This document shows, piece by piece, positions 23,901 to 38,900 of a stretch of 64,000 nucleotides of DNA. The notes beneath the pieces are model-generated. The model ran no database searches and was not told where the DNA came from. It worked only from the letters and a program-made list of their open reading frames with translations. The first letter of the stretch is position 1; each line of letters opens with the position of its first letter. The stretch lies in assembly GCA_051362555.1 (NCBI GenBank), contig CM120642.1, forward strand, positions 16,864,001 through 16,928,000, read 5' to 3'. This DNA is from Lingula anatina. Taxonomy: Eukaryota > Animalia > Brachiopoda. Both the position numbers and the translations under genes were made by a program.

Positions 23901-26900
23901 TTTCAATTATCATAATATATCATCAATTAATTAATCACTACCCAAATCTGATTGATTTTAAGCTGGCCCATTTCTAACCTATCCTGAACATTTGATCAAA
24001 TCAATCCCCAACTTTTTAAGTTATAGGCAATCAGTCTAAGGCCCCATTCAGAATAATACGGGACTAACTTGCCCGAGGGTCAAATATGGCCAACCCATTT
24101 GAATACTTCGGAATATCTTTTCAGTGTCTATAAGCGGATAAGACAGCAAGCTTTTTAGTGGGATGCCATATTTGACCCTCGAATTAGTTATAGTCCCTTG
24201 TTCTGAATGGGGCCTAAGAGTAACTAATTCCAAGATTTTTAACTCGAAGTTAAACTTTAGCATGAACCACATATTGTTAAAGTCATCTTAGGACAAGTAA
24301 TACTTTCTGATCATATCCTAAAAGAGAAATGACGCATATTCATGCCACAAAAGATAATTAATTTTACCATCTTATAAATAACTTTTCCATCAACCATCTT
24401 GACACAGTTTAAAATCATGCAGAATCTGTAAGATAGTGTGCTAATTGAACTTGAAGGGATAGTGGACTTTGTAAAGCAATCTCTTAAACATGGGTTAAGG
24501 ACTTTTGGACTTTTTAAGTCTTAGGGATTGTTAAAGAGTTACCGAGTGTCAGGAAAGGATGACCACAGGTTGGTTAGTTGGAAAAAATAAGGTTAACCCA
24601 AGGCAATTTTGTAAAGCATATTAAGTTTCTGCAGGAGTCTCCTACACTGCACTCCTAAATTTAACTAACATTATGATACCAAAAAAAAAGAAATTAAAAT
24701 CCTTCCAATTGACTTACACAAATTAGGCACTTGCTCCAGCTTTGAAGATAATAATAATAATAATAGTAATAATAGTATATACTAGGATTGACAGCTAAAG
24801 CCTATTTGCATGGTATTATTACTTTGGTATCAATTTTTTGCTGCAATATACCCTCTACCATTTTCACATTGGATAAATCACATTAGCCTTATAATAAACA
24901 ATGGTATATGTGATACAGGGTTGATAAAAATTAAATTTCCAGTTTGCATCCTTTAATCTTTGTAACTAGGTAACTAGCAGTAAAATTATCTTTTTGTAAT
25001 CAAGAAATGGCATCCCAGGATACTATAGTAAGTGCGAGTCTCAAATTCACACAAATGGCCTGGACAGCATAATTGAAAAGATCCAGTTTTTGAAAAGACA
25101 AAACATGTCATGGAAAGCCATTTGAGCGTGTACAAAATGCATGCTTGAGTCAGGTTACTCAATCCACTACTTCTTATTAAACATCAAACATAAAAAAAGC
25201 TGAGAGTACGTACATGGGGATAATACTTGGGACTGGTTTCCCCAAAGAAATATGACCCAAAAATTGGTCCAAAACACACACAACCTAATCCACTACATTG
25301 AATAAAGAATAAGTCATGAGTGATGCATTTTTTTGGTATAAAATAGTTGATGCAATATTTTAATTCAACTGGACTGCTATAAAGAACAGTTTGATCCTCA
25401 GATTAACTGATCTACAAATCAAATATGGCAGACAGGCTTGAGAGCAAAAGCCACATGATCCCTTAATGGTCTCCCGCCTACCACATGCGCCATCCCTGGA
25501 GGGGCCTAGCAATTAAGTCTCGAAGCCATTTTAATTTAGCTTTAATTGCTAGGCCCCTACAGGGATGTGCCTATGGTGAGATAGACTATAAGGGGATTAT
25601 ACAGCTTTGCTTTCAAGTGGGTCTGCCATATTTGATCCCCGGATCAGTTATTTAGTCAGAGGATCAAACTATTCTGAATGTGGCCAAATTTTTGTTTAAA
25701 ACTTAAGACCGATTTATCAGGCTAAACGCTCTCTTGTGAAACCTGCCCCTAGTCAAATTATGACATATTTAAGAGAATATCTTGAATCTCCTGTCTGGTA
25801 ATTTCCGGGAATGGTGACATGACACTATCAAAACAAATTGCATTTCACCGCCCTGCTATGGTAGGAGATAATGAAGCCTTGAAAGAATTATGGCATAAAA
25901 AATTAAACCTAAAACCATCTTCTATAATTATCCACTAAATCAGTTTTGCTCCTCATCATCATTAATTACTCAGGAGTCATTACCGTTGAGATAACTGTTC
26001 ATTAATAAAGAAACATTTACACCAAGCAGAGCCATGTATTAATATCCTGTAATAATGCCTGCTTATTTCATCAACTCAGTCAAAAATTACCAAGTCCAAA
26101 TGGAAGAAAGAGTGAAATTTTTCGTAATCAACAAAATTAATCAGCAATGACTGTTAGCCAGAGTAATTTCCACTAATTCAGCATTATCTATAAACTATCT
26201 ACACAATTAGACATATATTATTCAAAGATATTAAGATTTGTCATGTTTTTGACAAGTGTCATTTAGAACTATTTTCTCTGGCGCAACTATAACTGCAGAC
26301 GACAGCCTACATACCACTTTTAATTGCCATTAAATTTAAATTAAACTTAAAAAGAAATATAAAAAAAAAGAATGTAATAATAAATGTAGGTGATAATAAT
26401 TTTAGTAAAGGCACTTGTAGTTCTAACTCTGAGATTGTGGAATCATGGTCAGTTGTTAAAAATGTCAACATCCTCTATAGATCTCATTATTACTACATTA
26501 GTGGAAAATCAGGATGTAATCTGATCATTTTGTGACGCCAGAATAAGATGTAATTTCATTAAATTTCTAAAAATAATTATTTTACATGTACAATAGGATA
26601 AAGCTGTTTCCTGCTAGGCAAATACCAGTATAATTGTATTCAGACAAGAAACAGTTTTATACAATACGTCTGAACTTAAAAAGCACAACTTGAAAGTACT
26701 CCCAGAGTACAGAGAAAATACTTATAAAATAAAACCTTAAAAATATTAGGGGACCTGAATTATGTTGACATTGTAATTATCACTTCTCTCCTTCGTATTT
26801 ACTGCCCCTCCTAAAAAATTCATCAAAATTTGGAAGAACGCTCTGATAAATCTTGCCAACCACCACACAAATGGACATATCAAGACCAATGGAAATAAAG

Positions 26901-29900
26901 CCTTCTTCATTGGCAGAGTAATTCAGTTAAAAAATGTATTTTACATTATACTTATATGATAACTTTTGATATATCTTCAGTGAGGAATCCTATCAGTCAT
27001 AAATTTCTCTTGTTACCTTGAAAAGTTATTGTTAATGATGCTATAAATGTTGACACCATCTCAACCTGTTAGCAAACAGATAAGAACATAAGACTTGGAA
27101 TACACAAATAAAACAATCAATTTTGACACCTTATATCAACCATGCAATTGTTCCATGTATAATTACATACATCTGTTCCATTATTTATAACTGACTCACA
27201 ACCAAGAAGAAGGCATTAAAGGCAAATCATAATATGAACAGACATCTTATCCAAAACATTGTTGCAAAACATCCAGTTATTTCCCCTGCCACTAAAGCAG
27301 ATCATTACATTTGAAAAAAAAATTACTTAATATTACCATTTCTATACTCCCCCTTAAATCCTTGTCTGCTTTTCTCAATTACAAAATCAATTGTCAGGTT
27401 GCCATAAAGCCTGTACAAATGCGACCACAAAGTTCCAAATAGCACAACTTGAATAAATAAAGCTTAATATTTCCTGAAAAAAAAGGCATTTGATCAGTTT
27501 TTTTCTGTGCTGTCATAACTCTCTGCAGTTTTTATAAAAGCTGATTTAAATAAGTGCATCCTTACATGGGAGTGATGTGGGCATAGCTACATGTAGTTTC
27601 ATACAGGGAAAACAAGAGCAGGGGTAATCCTAAAGAGGGGCGAGAAATGGACATTTTTTCATCGGAGCACCTAGGTATGTATGCACAGACAGAAAACTGA
27701 ATTTTAGGAATGTTACTAATGAAGCCACTGGTAGTAGATGTCAGTCTGTTGATGTCAAACCTTGATGATGAATGAACAATTGTCAATAACAAAAGACCCA
27801 AAATGACAATTTTGGCTCACAAAAAGTTATCCACCGCTAGTCTAAAAAGTCTCTTACTGCATAAATCCACAACAGCAACCAGCCAAAATGTTGCCTCCAA
27901 AATCTCATACATTGCACAAATAAATAAATAAATAAATAAATAAATAAATGAACAAAGTGGTGCAATATTTTCTCCAAGCTGTGTTAAGACACTGAAGTGA
28001 ACCTGCATGGTTCATAAAAGGTACCCTGTAAGCTACTTAATTTTCAGACGTGCTAGTGTGAAGTGATCATTAGGGCTTCATTTCTGTGGCTAAGTTATTA
28101 CTAACAGAGCTCAATCCCCAGATAGACGGAAACTGATTAAGAAAAGTGAGATGTTTAATACCCAGAAAACAATAATACCGCGTTTTGTGGTTTGGGCCAC
28201 AGGCTTGTCAATTGCAAATGGTCTATGAAATGGTGTGAGGGATATATCTTGTGACTCATTACCTTTATTGATTTTCCTTTCCTTCATTTCATTCTTGTGA
28301 CTACTTAACCCTTTCAAGCATATACATTTAAAATCTGATCCTTCATTTATGTGCAATAACTACCTAGAATGAAGCATTTATCTAAAAGAAGGTTATGGCT
28401 GCTCAGTTAAGGGATGTCAAGGTTTACAATTCACCTTTTGGCACTGAAAACCAATTTATTCCATGGTCATTTAATCTGTGGAGTAACTTGATATGTTTTA
28501 AAACATTCTTAAGGCCATGGTATTGGTTAGATTTAGTTTACGTAGAACAAGTCAGTTATAGATATTTAATATTTATTTCAGAGAAAGTTGAACTTCAATA
28601 TCCACAGAGCATTTTTTCGTCAGAAAAATATATGTAAAAGGATACCAAACCTAAATAAGTCTCCAACCAACCCCCCCAAAAAAATGTTTTTGTAAAATGC
28701 TTACTTACCTGTGAAAAGTCAAGAGGCTATACTTCACATAGTCATATGATTTATGTTATCACATCCCAGTATAATATATCATAATAATATTTACAGTACA
28801 GGTGCTAGCAAGAAGTTTGTCGAGGTAATAACGTGACCTTACGTTACACACATGCTTTCACAAGGTGTGAAACACTATCACATGGAACACTGTAAATAAC
28901 CGCCCATTCAATGTATTTATTTCCAAACATTTTTTTTTTTTTTTTGTAAAAAAAAAGGAATACAACATAATAAAACTAATACACAAGATGTACAGTTTCT
29001 ATTTGCAATACAACAAATCTAGATTAGAAATGAGTAATTAAGGTACTTCTTCACAACATATATAGGAAAACATCTACTTTTTCTTTTGTCTATCAAATAA
29101 TGCAATCATTTTACATTTCTTTTATCATCTTCAATATATGCAGTAGTTTTATAGAGCATATTTAGCACTTCTTAGTCATTTGTTATGTTGATGTTGTTTG
29201 TGGTTGATAATGTTAATTGCTTGCCTTCTTACTTCTTTTATTGTCTTTAATGTGCAACAGTCTTTAATGAATTATACTCATATGTATACCTATTTCATCT
29301 ACAAAAGGGTGAAAATAAGATAGAGCACGCAACTGTTTCTGAAGGTGAAGAGAACAAATCATAACCGAGTAATAACACAGGACTAAGAAGTCCTAAATTT
29401 ATCTCAAATGCAATAAACACTCCAAATTTTCTTGGAAAATGACGGCACACAGTTAATTACTGTACAGCTTCTCACAGCGAGGAAAGCTTAACAGTCAAGT
29501 ACAAAGATAAACAAGCAGTTTAATAATGCTACCCAGGATTATCCCTTGCCCACCCCACCCAATGCTGATTTGTTGAAGGGGAAATGAAATACTGGCATGT
29601 TTTATTATTAAAACAGTTTCCAAGGCCTTTTTGATCAAACACACTCACGCAATAGTGTCAGATAGACTTCCGTATCTAGTGCATTACCACAAAGAGTTAA
29701 AAAAAAAAAAACAATAAATGGTCAAATTCAGCCTGAAAAAATGCCTTAAAATAATTTTTAGATGAGTTTTATTGTGATTGAAGGATAATACAAAAAAAAT
29801 AAAAATAAAAAATAAAAAAAAGCTAAAATCTGTTCCACACACCCATAATGTCCTTACTGGCTCAAGACGATCTTTTATACACATCCTGAATTCAAGTTTT

Positions 29901-32900
29901 TCTTGCAATGATCTTCTTGACTTTTCTCACAGAGTGCATAAAAACAAAAAGCTCATACAAACCATTATAATGGTGACCAATAAATAATGAGATAATAAAA
30001 GGTACATAAAAGCCTCATTTAGTTTTATCATAGTACATTATATCAGAATTCACAGAAAACATTTCAATTCATATGAACATCATTCAAACAAGTGTTACTG
30101 ACATTAAAACAGAGACCGCAAAGAGAAAAAAAACATGACAACAACAATGACTACATGCGAAAGTATCATACAAAACAAGAAAGAGTCATATTAAGAATAT
30201 GATCCCTTCCGTTCAAACCTGTCATAAATAGGAAAGGCGCGGCTAATGTAGATATATCAAAGAACGAGAACGATAATTGCAATGACAGAGCACTTTGCTT
30301 TACACTCTAGATATTATAGATTGAACAGAGACTAATTTGCCGCAGATTAATCAATATAAATCTAATCACAGGCATCAGTCCAATGGTGCGATCAAGGCAG
30401 TTCCATTTGCCTTCTGATTTATCTGTGTGCTTTATAATCTTCACTGCATTAGCACGGTGAAGATAACACCTTTTGGACTACAATGACAGGAGGCTGCCCG
30501 AGAATATAGAGAGTTGCATGGCAATTCTACAAGGTGGATCACTCCATAAATGCTCCAAGGGGGAAAAAAACAAGCAGAAATCCTACTGACCAAATGTGAG
30601 AAACTGAAAAGGTAGGATGTGTTTCCGTTTTCTTGCTCGTTGTGGAATTTTTTGAAGAAATTTATACTGACATCAAGTTTCACCATTCTTTTTAATTGAG
30701 TGCATGAGTCTGTAAAGTGAGCACAAATGCCTAATATGGAATATTTACTTAATTCCAATTCTCTACAACTGCATTATTTCTACAACTGCATTATTTCTTA
30801 ATTGGGTTTTGCTTTATTCTAGGCAAAAAGGATTTTTTTTATCTAAAAACAATATAATTATGATTTATTAGTCCTCATTTAATAACTAATATTATAAATG
30901 GATTTATTACTTAGAATTGTGAAATCAAAGCCATGCGTACTAGAAATTGCACAAAGGAAATATTAGAATTATATGTATATGTTACTTTTATGATTTAAAA
31001 AATGACATCTATATATATATATAATTAGCTGGTGATTTTAGTCTTAATGGCCTTATGTACTTATATAGCTTTGCTGGCAATATTGTTTAAATTAAGGAAC
31101 AGGACATGGATTGCTTGTGTATTTTGAGCATTTTTACTGCTTCAAGTTGAAATAAGTTTGCATAGTCTGGAAAGAGTAAGCACATTAAATAAACACTTTG
31201 TACACCACAACTATTGAAAATTTAAAGCTTCGTGGTAAGAAATCTGAAGTGCCATTCAGACTGGTCTGAACCTGTTTTAGACTACAAAAGATCAGCAGAG
31301 GCCAGTTTTACAAACTAACTTTTTAGATTAAAAACAATATTCACCTAAATCTTTTTAAAGTTTATTTAGTCTACTTTTACCCATGGCAAGCTACATCAGT
31401 GCTCACTGAAGTATAAAAAATGGCCTTTGTTTAGAAGAAACAGTTACTGTGCTTATGTGGACTTCTGCAGATTTATACTGATCAGAAATGAATTACTGCA
31501 ATATTTTTGTCTAAAAGTTAAAGACCAAAGATTGGTATAGAGGAATCTTCTGTGACAAAAACCCCTGCGCACCAACCTAGAGACCCTGCAACTGGTGACG
31601 GCAGTCAATCAATGGAATGGTTGTATCCAGGCTGAGTTCAGGCCTGTAGCCAGGGGGGGGGGGGGGGGGGGGGGGGTTCGGGGGGGGTTCAAAAGAACCA
31701 CCCTTTTTGCTGGGAAAAAGTCCACTCTGGGTAAAATTTGATCTATGTACTTGAGTATTTTATGGTAAAAGGTCCACTTTTCAGAAAACGAACCCCCCTC
31801 TGAAATTGCTGGCTACGGGCCTGGAGTTGGTCCATAATTTTTGAAAGATCTTTGGCTAATGGTTCTAAGGTTTTAGGCCCACTTGGTGTCCACACCGAAC
31901 TCACAATTTAATACACTACACAATACTGAATTTTAAATTCAGTCCTTTCTGATAAAGTAATACTACAAATTCATTGGTAGGCCAATCAAAGCAAGATAAC
32001 ATGTGAAATTTGCATTACGTTTTAAGGGGATATTGTCACAGAAGATTTCTCTACACCAACCTTTCAAAAATTTTACCACTGTTTACTTTCCATATAATTG
32101 CCAATAAGATAAGGTGCTATTATCTCTGCATACTATATGTGAATAAATTTTGCTCTCAGATCATCTGAAGGTATTAGTTATTGAAATTAGCTGAAACATC
32201 ATTAACATGTCACCAACAGTGCCATGCTGAATTCAGCATATAGCATTTTTTAAGTCAATTGAAACCTGTTATTGTGATTTATGACCCAAATAAACTCATA
32301 GATGATAAAGGCTGTCCAGTCGGTAAATTGGTGTCTGTAAGAGCTTGCTGGCAAACACCCTGCATGCATATCAATAGAGTAAAATTGAAGCAAAGAGAAG
32401 TGTTCATATAATGTGACCCAGCAGAGAGAGAGAGAGAGAGAGAGAGAGAGCATGAGAGACAGTGTCACGGGGTTCACGGTAGACTTAAAATCCGCAATTA
32501 AAGGTCAGCGAGGTGCTGTTGTGATCTTGATGTACCGAAGAATTTCGATGTGGAGCAACATCGCAAGTGATCCCTTAGCAAGTCCCATACTCGTTTTACG
32601 GGGCAAAGTACAACTAAAATTCTAGTTGCCTGACCATAGAAATCACTTGAGCGTGGCAAGTAAGGCCAACAAGTATGTCAGAAATTACAATGTGAAAAGA
32701 ATTTAGAATCACCCCTCCCCCCCCCCCCCCCAAAGAGAGCCCAGCCCCAGCTGCACTAAAATTCCAAAGTTCCCAAGGTTTTAACTTCCTAACTTAAATG
32801 GTCTAGGAGGAGATAATGGAATTTACTAACGCACAGACGTACTGACTCGCAGATGCACAGGATAACGTGCAGGAATTTAAAAAAAAAAAAAAAAAATTCA

Positions 32901-35900
32901 AGCTCCCATGCTTTTGACATTGAAGATCAAGTGCTTTATTCCCACCCTATTCCTGTAAGTGAGTGAGTTGGTTTAAATCCAACTCACAAAAGCTATGTTT
33001 AGCAGAAAGGAAGATTAATAAGAAGATCACGCGAAACATCCTCAATTCTCAGAAACCAATCACAAAATCAGAGAGGTTGGTGACTGAACAGATAAGTAAT
33101 TATCACAAGTCAGCTATCAGGTAACACATATGGAATTTCCTACGTGTAACAATGCTGAAGATATCGAGTATGTCTGCTATAAAATTTTCTAGTTATTAAG
33201 CTTGGTACAACAACAACATGGCATGCAACTACAGATTATCGACCCTTGCACCTGGTGTCATTTTCTGGTGGACAAATAAAAGGAAAAAAAAAACAGGTGC
33301 ATGTTAAGAAATAACACGCAACCCTAAGGGAAACTGAGTTGAATGCTGACTAAATTTCATCTTGCCTTGAATAACAACTCATTAAATGTGCAAAAGCGAT
33401 CAGTTAGCTTTAGGTGTTAACACAGCTGCCCATGTAAGTTCTATGTGACATTGTAAAATTGCTGGTTAAAAAAAATGGGTGCTCCACTGCAGCATTTAAT
33501 AACCTGCTTCATCAAGGGCTTGGGGTTTTTTTCATTATATTTTTGTCATTATCATACTTTTAATATAAATACTAAACGCACCCTAGCCGGAAGAATTTGA
33601 GCCATATGCTAAACATTAGATTTGTCAAATCTCCCAATCGCTTCAAGAGTCTCCCAGTTTGAGAACTAATCTCCCAAGCATCCAATACAGACTGAAAATC
33701 TCCAGATATGTCAGTTTTCCGTTTATTAAAATTACCCACGTTATTTTTCATATTTTGCTCACATTATTGCAAAACTTGAGCTGATTCCTGTTTGAGCTTT
33801 GATGAATCTGTGTCACGATGTTACCTATACAAAGACATTTAATTAAGTCCTTCGCTTGTGGACAACAAAATACTTCACCACTGCATTGTGGGTCTAAACT
33901 GGAAAGGCTTCTGCATGGCAGAAATGCGAGGCCAATGCAGTAACAATTGTGGAAGAATAGCCTATGTGTAAGTTCAATGTACAGTTGCTCAAGTTTTATT
34001 TCAAAGAGCCCTGAGGGAGCAAATTTAGCATGATGTTTGCCATTTATTTTATTTATTTATTTATTATTATTTGGGGGGGGGGCTGGCTGGGAGATGTAGG
34101 GTGCATGAAAAAATCTCACTCTAGCAATTTTAATTATTGACAAGTATGTAAACACACACTAATCTAGCTTAAGAACAGGTAAAACATTTCATCACTATTC
34201 ACCAAATCTTTCATTTCAGATACATTTCAGAACAATTTGATCTGGCAAAACATCCACCACTTTGATGAAAGGAAATTCTATTTCAGGGTAAGATCAGTGA
34301 TAAGTCGGTACTCATGTCAGCATATTTCAGTTACTTAGTTACCAATGCTATCTTTTACTTTCTCTATAGGTGGCAGAGGCTAATGAAAGGAATCACAGAG
34401 ATGTCAACTGTGAACCCAAAGTCATTTTACCAGCAGGAAAAACAATGCAATGTTTTATATGAAGAGAGAAACTGAAGATATTCCCACTAAAAGAATCAAA
34501 CAAAGAAGATGCAGAACAGAATGTGAAATAAAAACATGGCACAAGCTGACGAATAAAATTATACATTGAATCAATATTCTCAAAACGGAAGAAGTATAAA
34601 ACTTTATGCCAGACTTTCCAGTCTATCTTAGAAACCCATCCAATAGCAAATGAAACAAACCAAGGATCAAGATGAATTGTGTTCAATGCTGAATGAGGAC
34701 TCATTCAATAAATATTCTTACTGCAGCTCATCAGTTATATACCAGTGGCTCCTGCATGGACCTTTTATTCAAAACATTCTGGAATACCAACTCAGACATT
34801 ATTATAGCTGGGCATTATTACTAATGTCAGGAAATGAAATATGAAACTTGTAAACATAGTTGACAACTGCAGTATGTCTTTAATACCCTAAACTGGACGT
34901 ATTGATCACTGCTGTGCTCAGATACTGTTCAAACTTCTTCTTGATAAAAGAAACTGACAAAATCATTCTTGCAAAAGATTCACCACAATGGCTACGCTTA
35001 CCCAGCATTATAGCATAACTCGGCAAGACATAAATAAAAACATCACCACTATGGACAATGGTCAGGACGTACTGACCACACAACAATCACAGCTACTCCA
35101 TGGTTCCAGCCTTGCCATATGCCTTCTCATACTGGTTTCATCAGGAATACTGGGAGCCATTGCAAATTTGTCGTATCTTCGAGCAATCCTCATTGATACA
35201 AAAGGGCTGAAATTACGCTACAGTTTTTTCCTGAGTCTTAGTTTAGTTGACTTGTTGATTTGCTTCGTGTGGGCCTTGTTGGAGGCAGTGTATATAATAC
35301 AGCTTTACATGAACCAGCCAATCTTAAAAGGACTATGCCAAGCCAGTTCAATTATACATGTACTAGCAGTTACTGTAATATTCCTCTCCATCCTTTTCTA
35401 CATTATCCAGAGCCTTATAAGAAAATGTAACAGCTCTTCTAAATATGTTCAAGGCATTGGTCTTACACTCCCATGGCTACTAGGAATAAGCATTGCTGTT
35501 TACTACCTTGCAAGTCCACCGTACTGGGAAAATGACTACTACTGCCAATTTTGGCTTATTCCTATGACTCTAGGCACTTGGAATGCATACATGGTTCTTT
35601 ATATTTTCAGCGGAATTGCCATGTTCATTATCATTATAACATTGTGTTGTATGCTTCATTCTGTGAATAAAAAAATCAAGCAAAAGAATTGGGACCTTGA
35701 CAATGGAAATGCCAACATTGAACTAAGCACCCACAAAACAGACACAACTGCAGTCAGCTCCGAAACCCTCAGGAAAAATGTCCAGTGTAACACAAGCCTA
35801 GAGGCAGCAGCCACCCCTCATGTGATCTTTGTCCGACAGTCCCAATTATTTAACAAGGAAGAATTTTCAGACGCAGTCACCATGGTAAACGCAAAAGAGC

Positions 35901-38900
35901 AAGAAGAAAAGCCACATTCATCAACTGATACAGGAAAAGCAGTTGCAATATCTTCCTGTCGGTCAAAACAAGCAGCTATTGGTGGGGACGCAGGCAAGCC
36001 TTTACCTTTCGACAGGAAAGGAAGCGTAAAAAGTAACTTTTCTAGAGAGGGTTCTGGTAGACGTTTTACCACAGGAAGCATTACCACGCCTGCTGAACAG
36101 GCTTATGTCGCACAAAGGTACTCGTATGTTAGAAAATGGTCCATAGATATCGAGGCACTGCAAGACCAGTTGGAGAACCCCAAAATCCATGGAGGGAATT
36201 ATCCTTACAAAGAACTCAAGCTTTCCGAAGACAAACATGATGAAAAAATCACTAAGGCTGCTTTTTTCACTGATATGAACAGTATTTGTGAAGCCAGTCC
36301 AAAGAAAGAGGCTCTTCATCGAGATAAGACAAGAAGTATAAAAAGAAGACCCAGCAGGATGGAAAGCATCACAGAAGGCAATACAAATAAAAATACATTT
36401 ACTTTTAATAAATCTTGCATAGAGACAAGTTTTTCTACACTAGAGGGAGCCTGTGAGACACAAACTACAGGGGTGCCAGGGAGTTCTGGAAAAGTCTTCA
36501 GGAAAAACAGCAAAAAATATCTACAAAACATTCCAAGCGTTGAGCAAGAGATGCACCAACACAAATCAGATGCAATCAAAGAAGGGACACAATCAAATCC
36601 GCCACCCATCTCCCAGTGCAAAAGGAAAAACGGAGGCGAAATGGACATCACTGCCTTAACTGAAGAAACAAACCACAAGGCATCAGAGGCAAAAATCTGG
36701 AGAAAGAAACAAAAGCTTCTCGGTTGTTCTTTAATAGCATTTGTGTTCATGCTTTCCATTCTGCCACATCAGATTATCCAGTTGGCACGGGCCGCGCTGA
36801 GTCAAGAGCTTTACATAAATCTCCATACTTGCACCTCTGTCTTAATTATGCTTCAAGCTGCCATCCATCCTCATATCTTTGTGTACATGAGCTACAAACT
36901 GACAGACCTTGTGATAAAACGACCAAAAAGGAATTTCATTTTCAAATGGATCAACTGCCTGCCACTAAAGAATGTGACAGACCATAGCAGCAATGAAAGT
37001 CAAGCTTAATGATATTATATCCGTTAGGGTATTTTATGATCTTTTTTTTTCAATAATGATACAGATATGTCTATTGTGGTATTTATGGAACTTTTCTGTT
37101 GTCAATTTTAACACTGAATATCTATTGGCATTGACATATAATTGGAACTTTTTTGTTAGTTTTTTTCTTTTAAAGCTAGACATAAACATCTTTTAGACAA
37201 GAACTGAAACAGACCAGAAACTGGCTCATTTCATCAGAAACCAAGATTAATCAGCCAATGGATGGTTTCATGCTTATGAACCACCAAATCCTTATCACAA
37301 AGAGATTCCAATTTGCTTCAGTTAATAAAATCAATAGTTAACTTTACAATTAGTCTAAACCTACAGAGAAATTATAGTCTACTTTGACCCAAGAGAAATC
37401 AGTTGTTGTCCCAAATGTACCTGTTTCAGAACAAATAAGAGGGCTTATACTGATCGGCGGACCAAATATGGCAGACCCTATATTAAAGAAGAGCTGACTA
37501 ATCCACTGATGGTCTCCCTGCCTCAACACATGCTGTCCTAGCAGGGATCTCGCAATTAAACCTCCGAACCATAATTTTATCCACTTTATGGCACGTGTGA
37601 AGGCAGGGAGACCATTGGTGGATAAGTCAGCTCTTCTTTCATGTAGGGTCTGCCATATTTGATCCTCAGATCAGCAGATCAGAGGATCATCTGTTGTAAA
37701 GGCCCTCTGAGACTTTTGTTACAAACCAATACTTTCAATTATTTAATTGAATTAATATAAATTTTCTTGGACCGAGGTAGATAAAATTAAAAAAGCTAAG
37801 GCCAATTTTCAGGGGAAAATTTTTATTTGTGATACTTGCTCATGGTAGTTTGCCGTGCATACCTCTCCAATTCCAGTCCAAGATTTACCTTGTCTTAACA
37901 ACATGTGAGAGTGTAACTGTTTAAAATCAGTGCTTCTACATTGTTTTTGTATTCCAGACAACACATTAATTTGGGAAGATATATTTCATACTTAGGGCAG
38001 CAAATGCTCCCATTAATGAAACTATAACAGTAGTTTATCATGCACAATTCTGTATCATACATTTAATATTCTAATTATCCGTATTATTCTTTATTTGCCT
38101 GTAACATAAATAAGTTATGTCATAGTGTTCTATAAAATGTTTTAAATGCTTACTTCACAGTTCATTAATCATTTGTAAATCATAAAAAAATATTTAACTT
38201 AAAACTTTGATATATATATCCATATTTAAAAAAATATTTATGATAAGTTTTTTTTCTAAATAAAAGATAAATGTTGTAAGTAACAAAAAGTTGGTTTATC
38301 AGTCAAAATATACTGTTTTAAGTATATTTTGTTAGTCCTTCATGCTCAAGTTATTTTAAGTCATATGTGACAAACAAGTTTTACTTTGGATGAGAATTCA
38401 ATACATATCTATGGTTAATACGCAAGAGAAAAAAATTGGCAAGAAACCAACAAACTAATGTTATTCACCTCCAGTAACAAAACACATTGGTAAAGGAAGG
38501 TAATACATTTGGCACATGTGGTAAGCTTAGTTTAATCAATCTTTGTTAAATCAGACTTTTCATAATCAGACGTCCATATAATCACTTTGTTTAAGCAGAC
38601 AGACAGCCCACGCGGGGACTATGTACCAAGTGTAAGGCAACTCCGCCTTTAGCTTCATAATTAAAAAAAAAAAAAACCAAGGTGAAGGGAACTAATTAAC
38701 CAAGATGTTTTAGGCAAAATGTCAGTTTTGATTTTCTCATTCCCAGAGCAGTTATGCTTTATGTTAATAATAATCAAGGGATTAAAGAAGATGCCATTTC
38801 CTTAGGCTTACTAAATCTAATTGGTTTTATCTATTTCATTATCCTTTACAAATATTGATGGCAAAGCCTATGAGAATTACCTTCATAGCACCCTGAGTAT

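Noticed and set aside
35818-36987. Antisense and alternate-frame ORFs over the GPCR
   Set aside because: Shadow ORFs of the 673-aa frame with no recognisable features.
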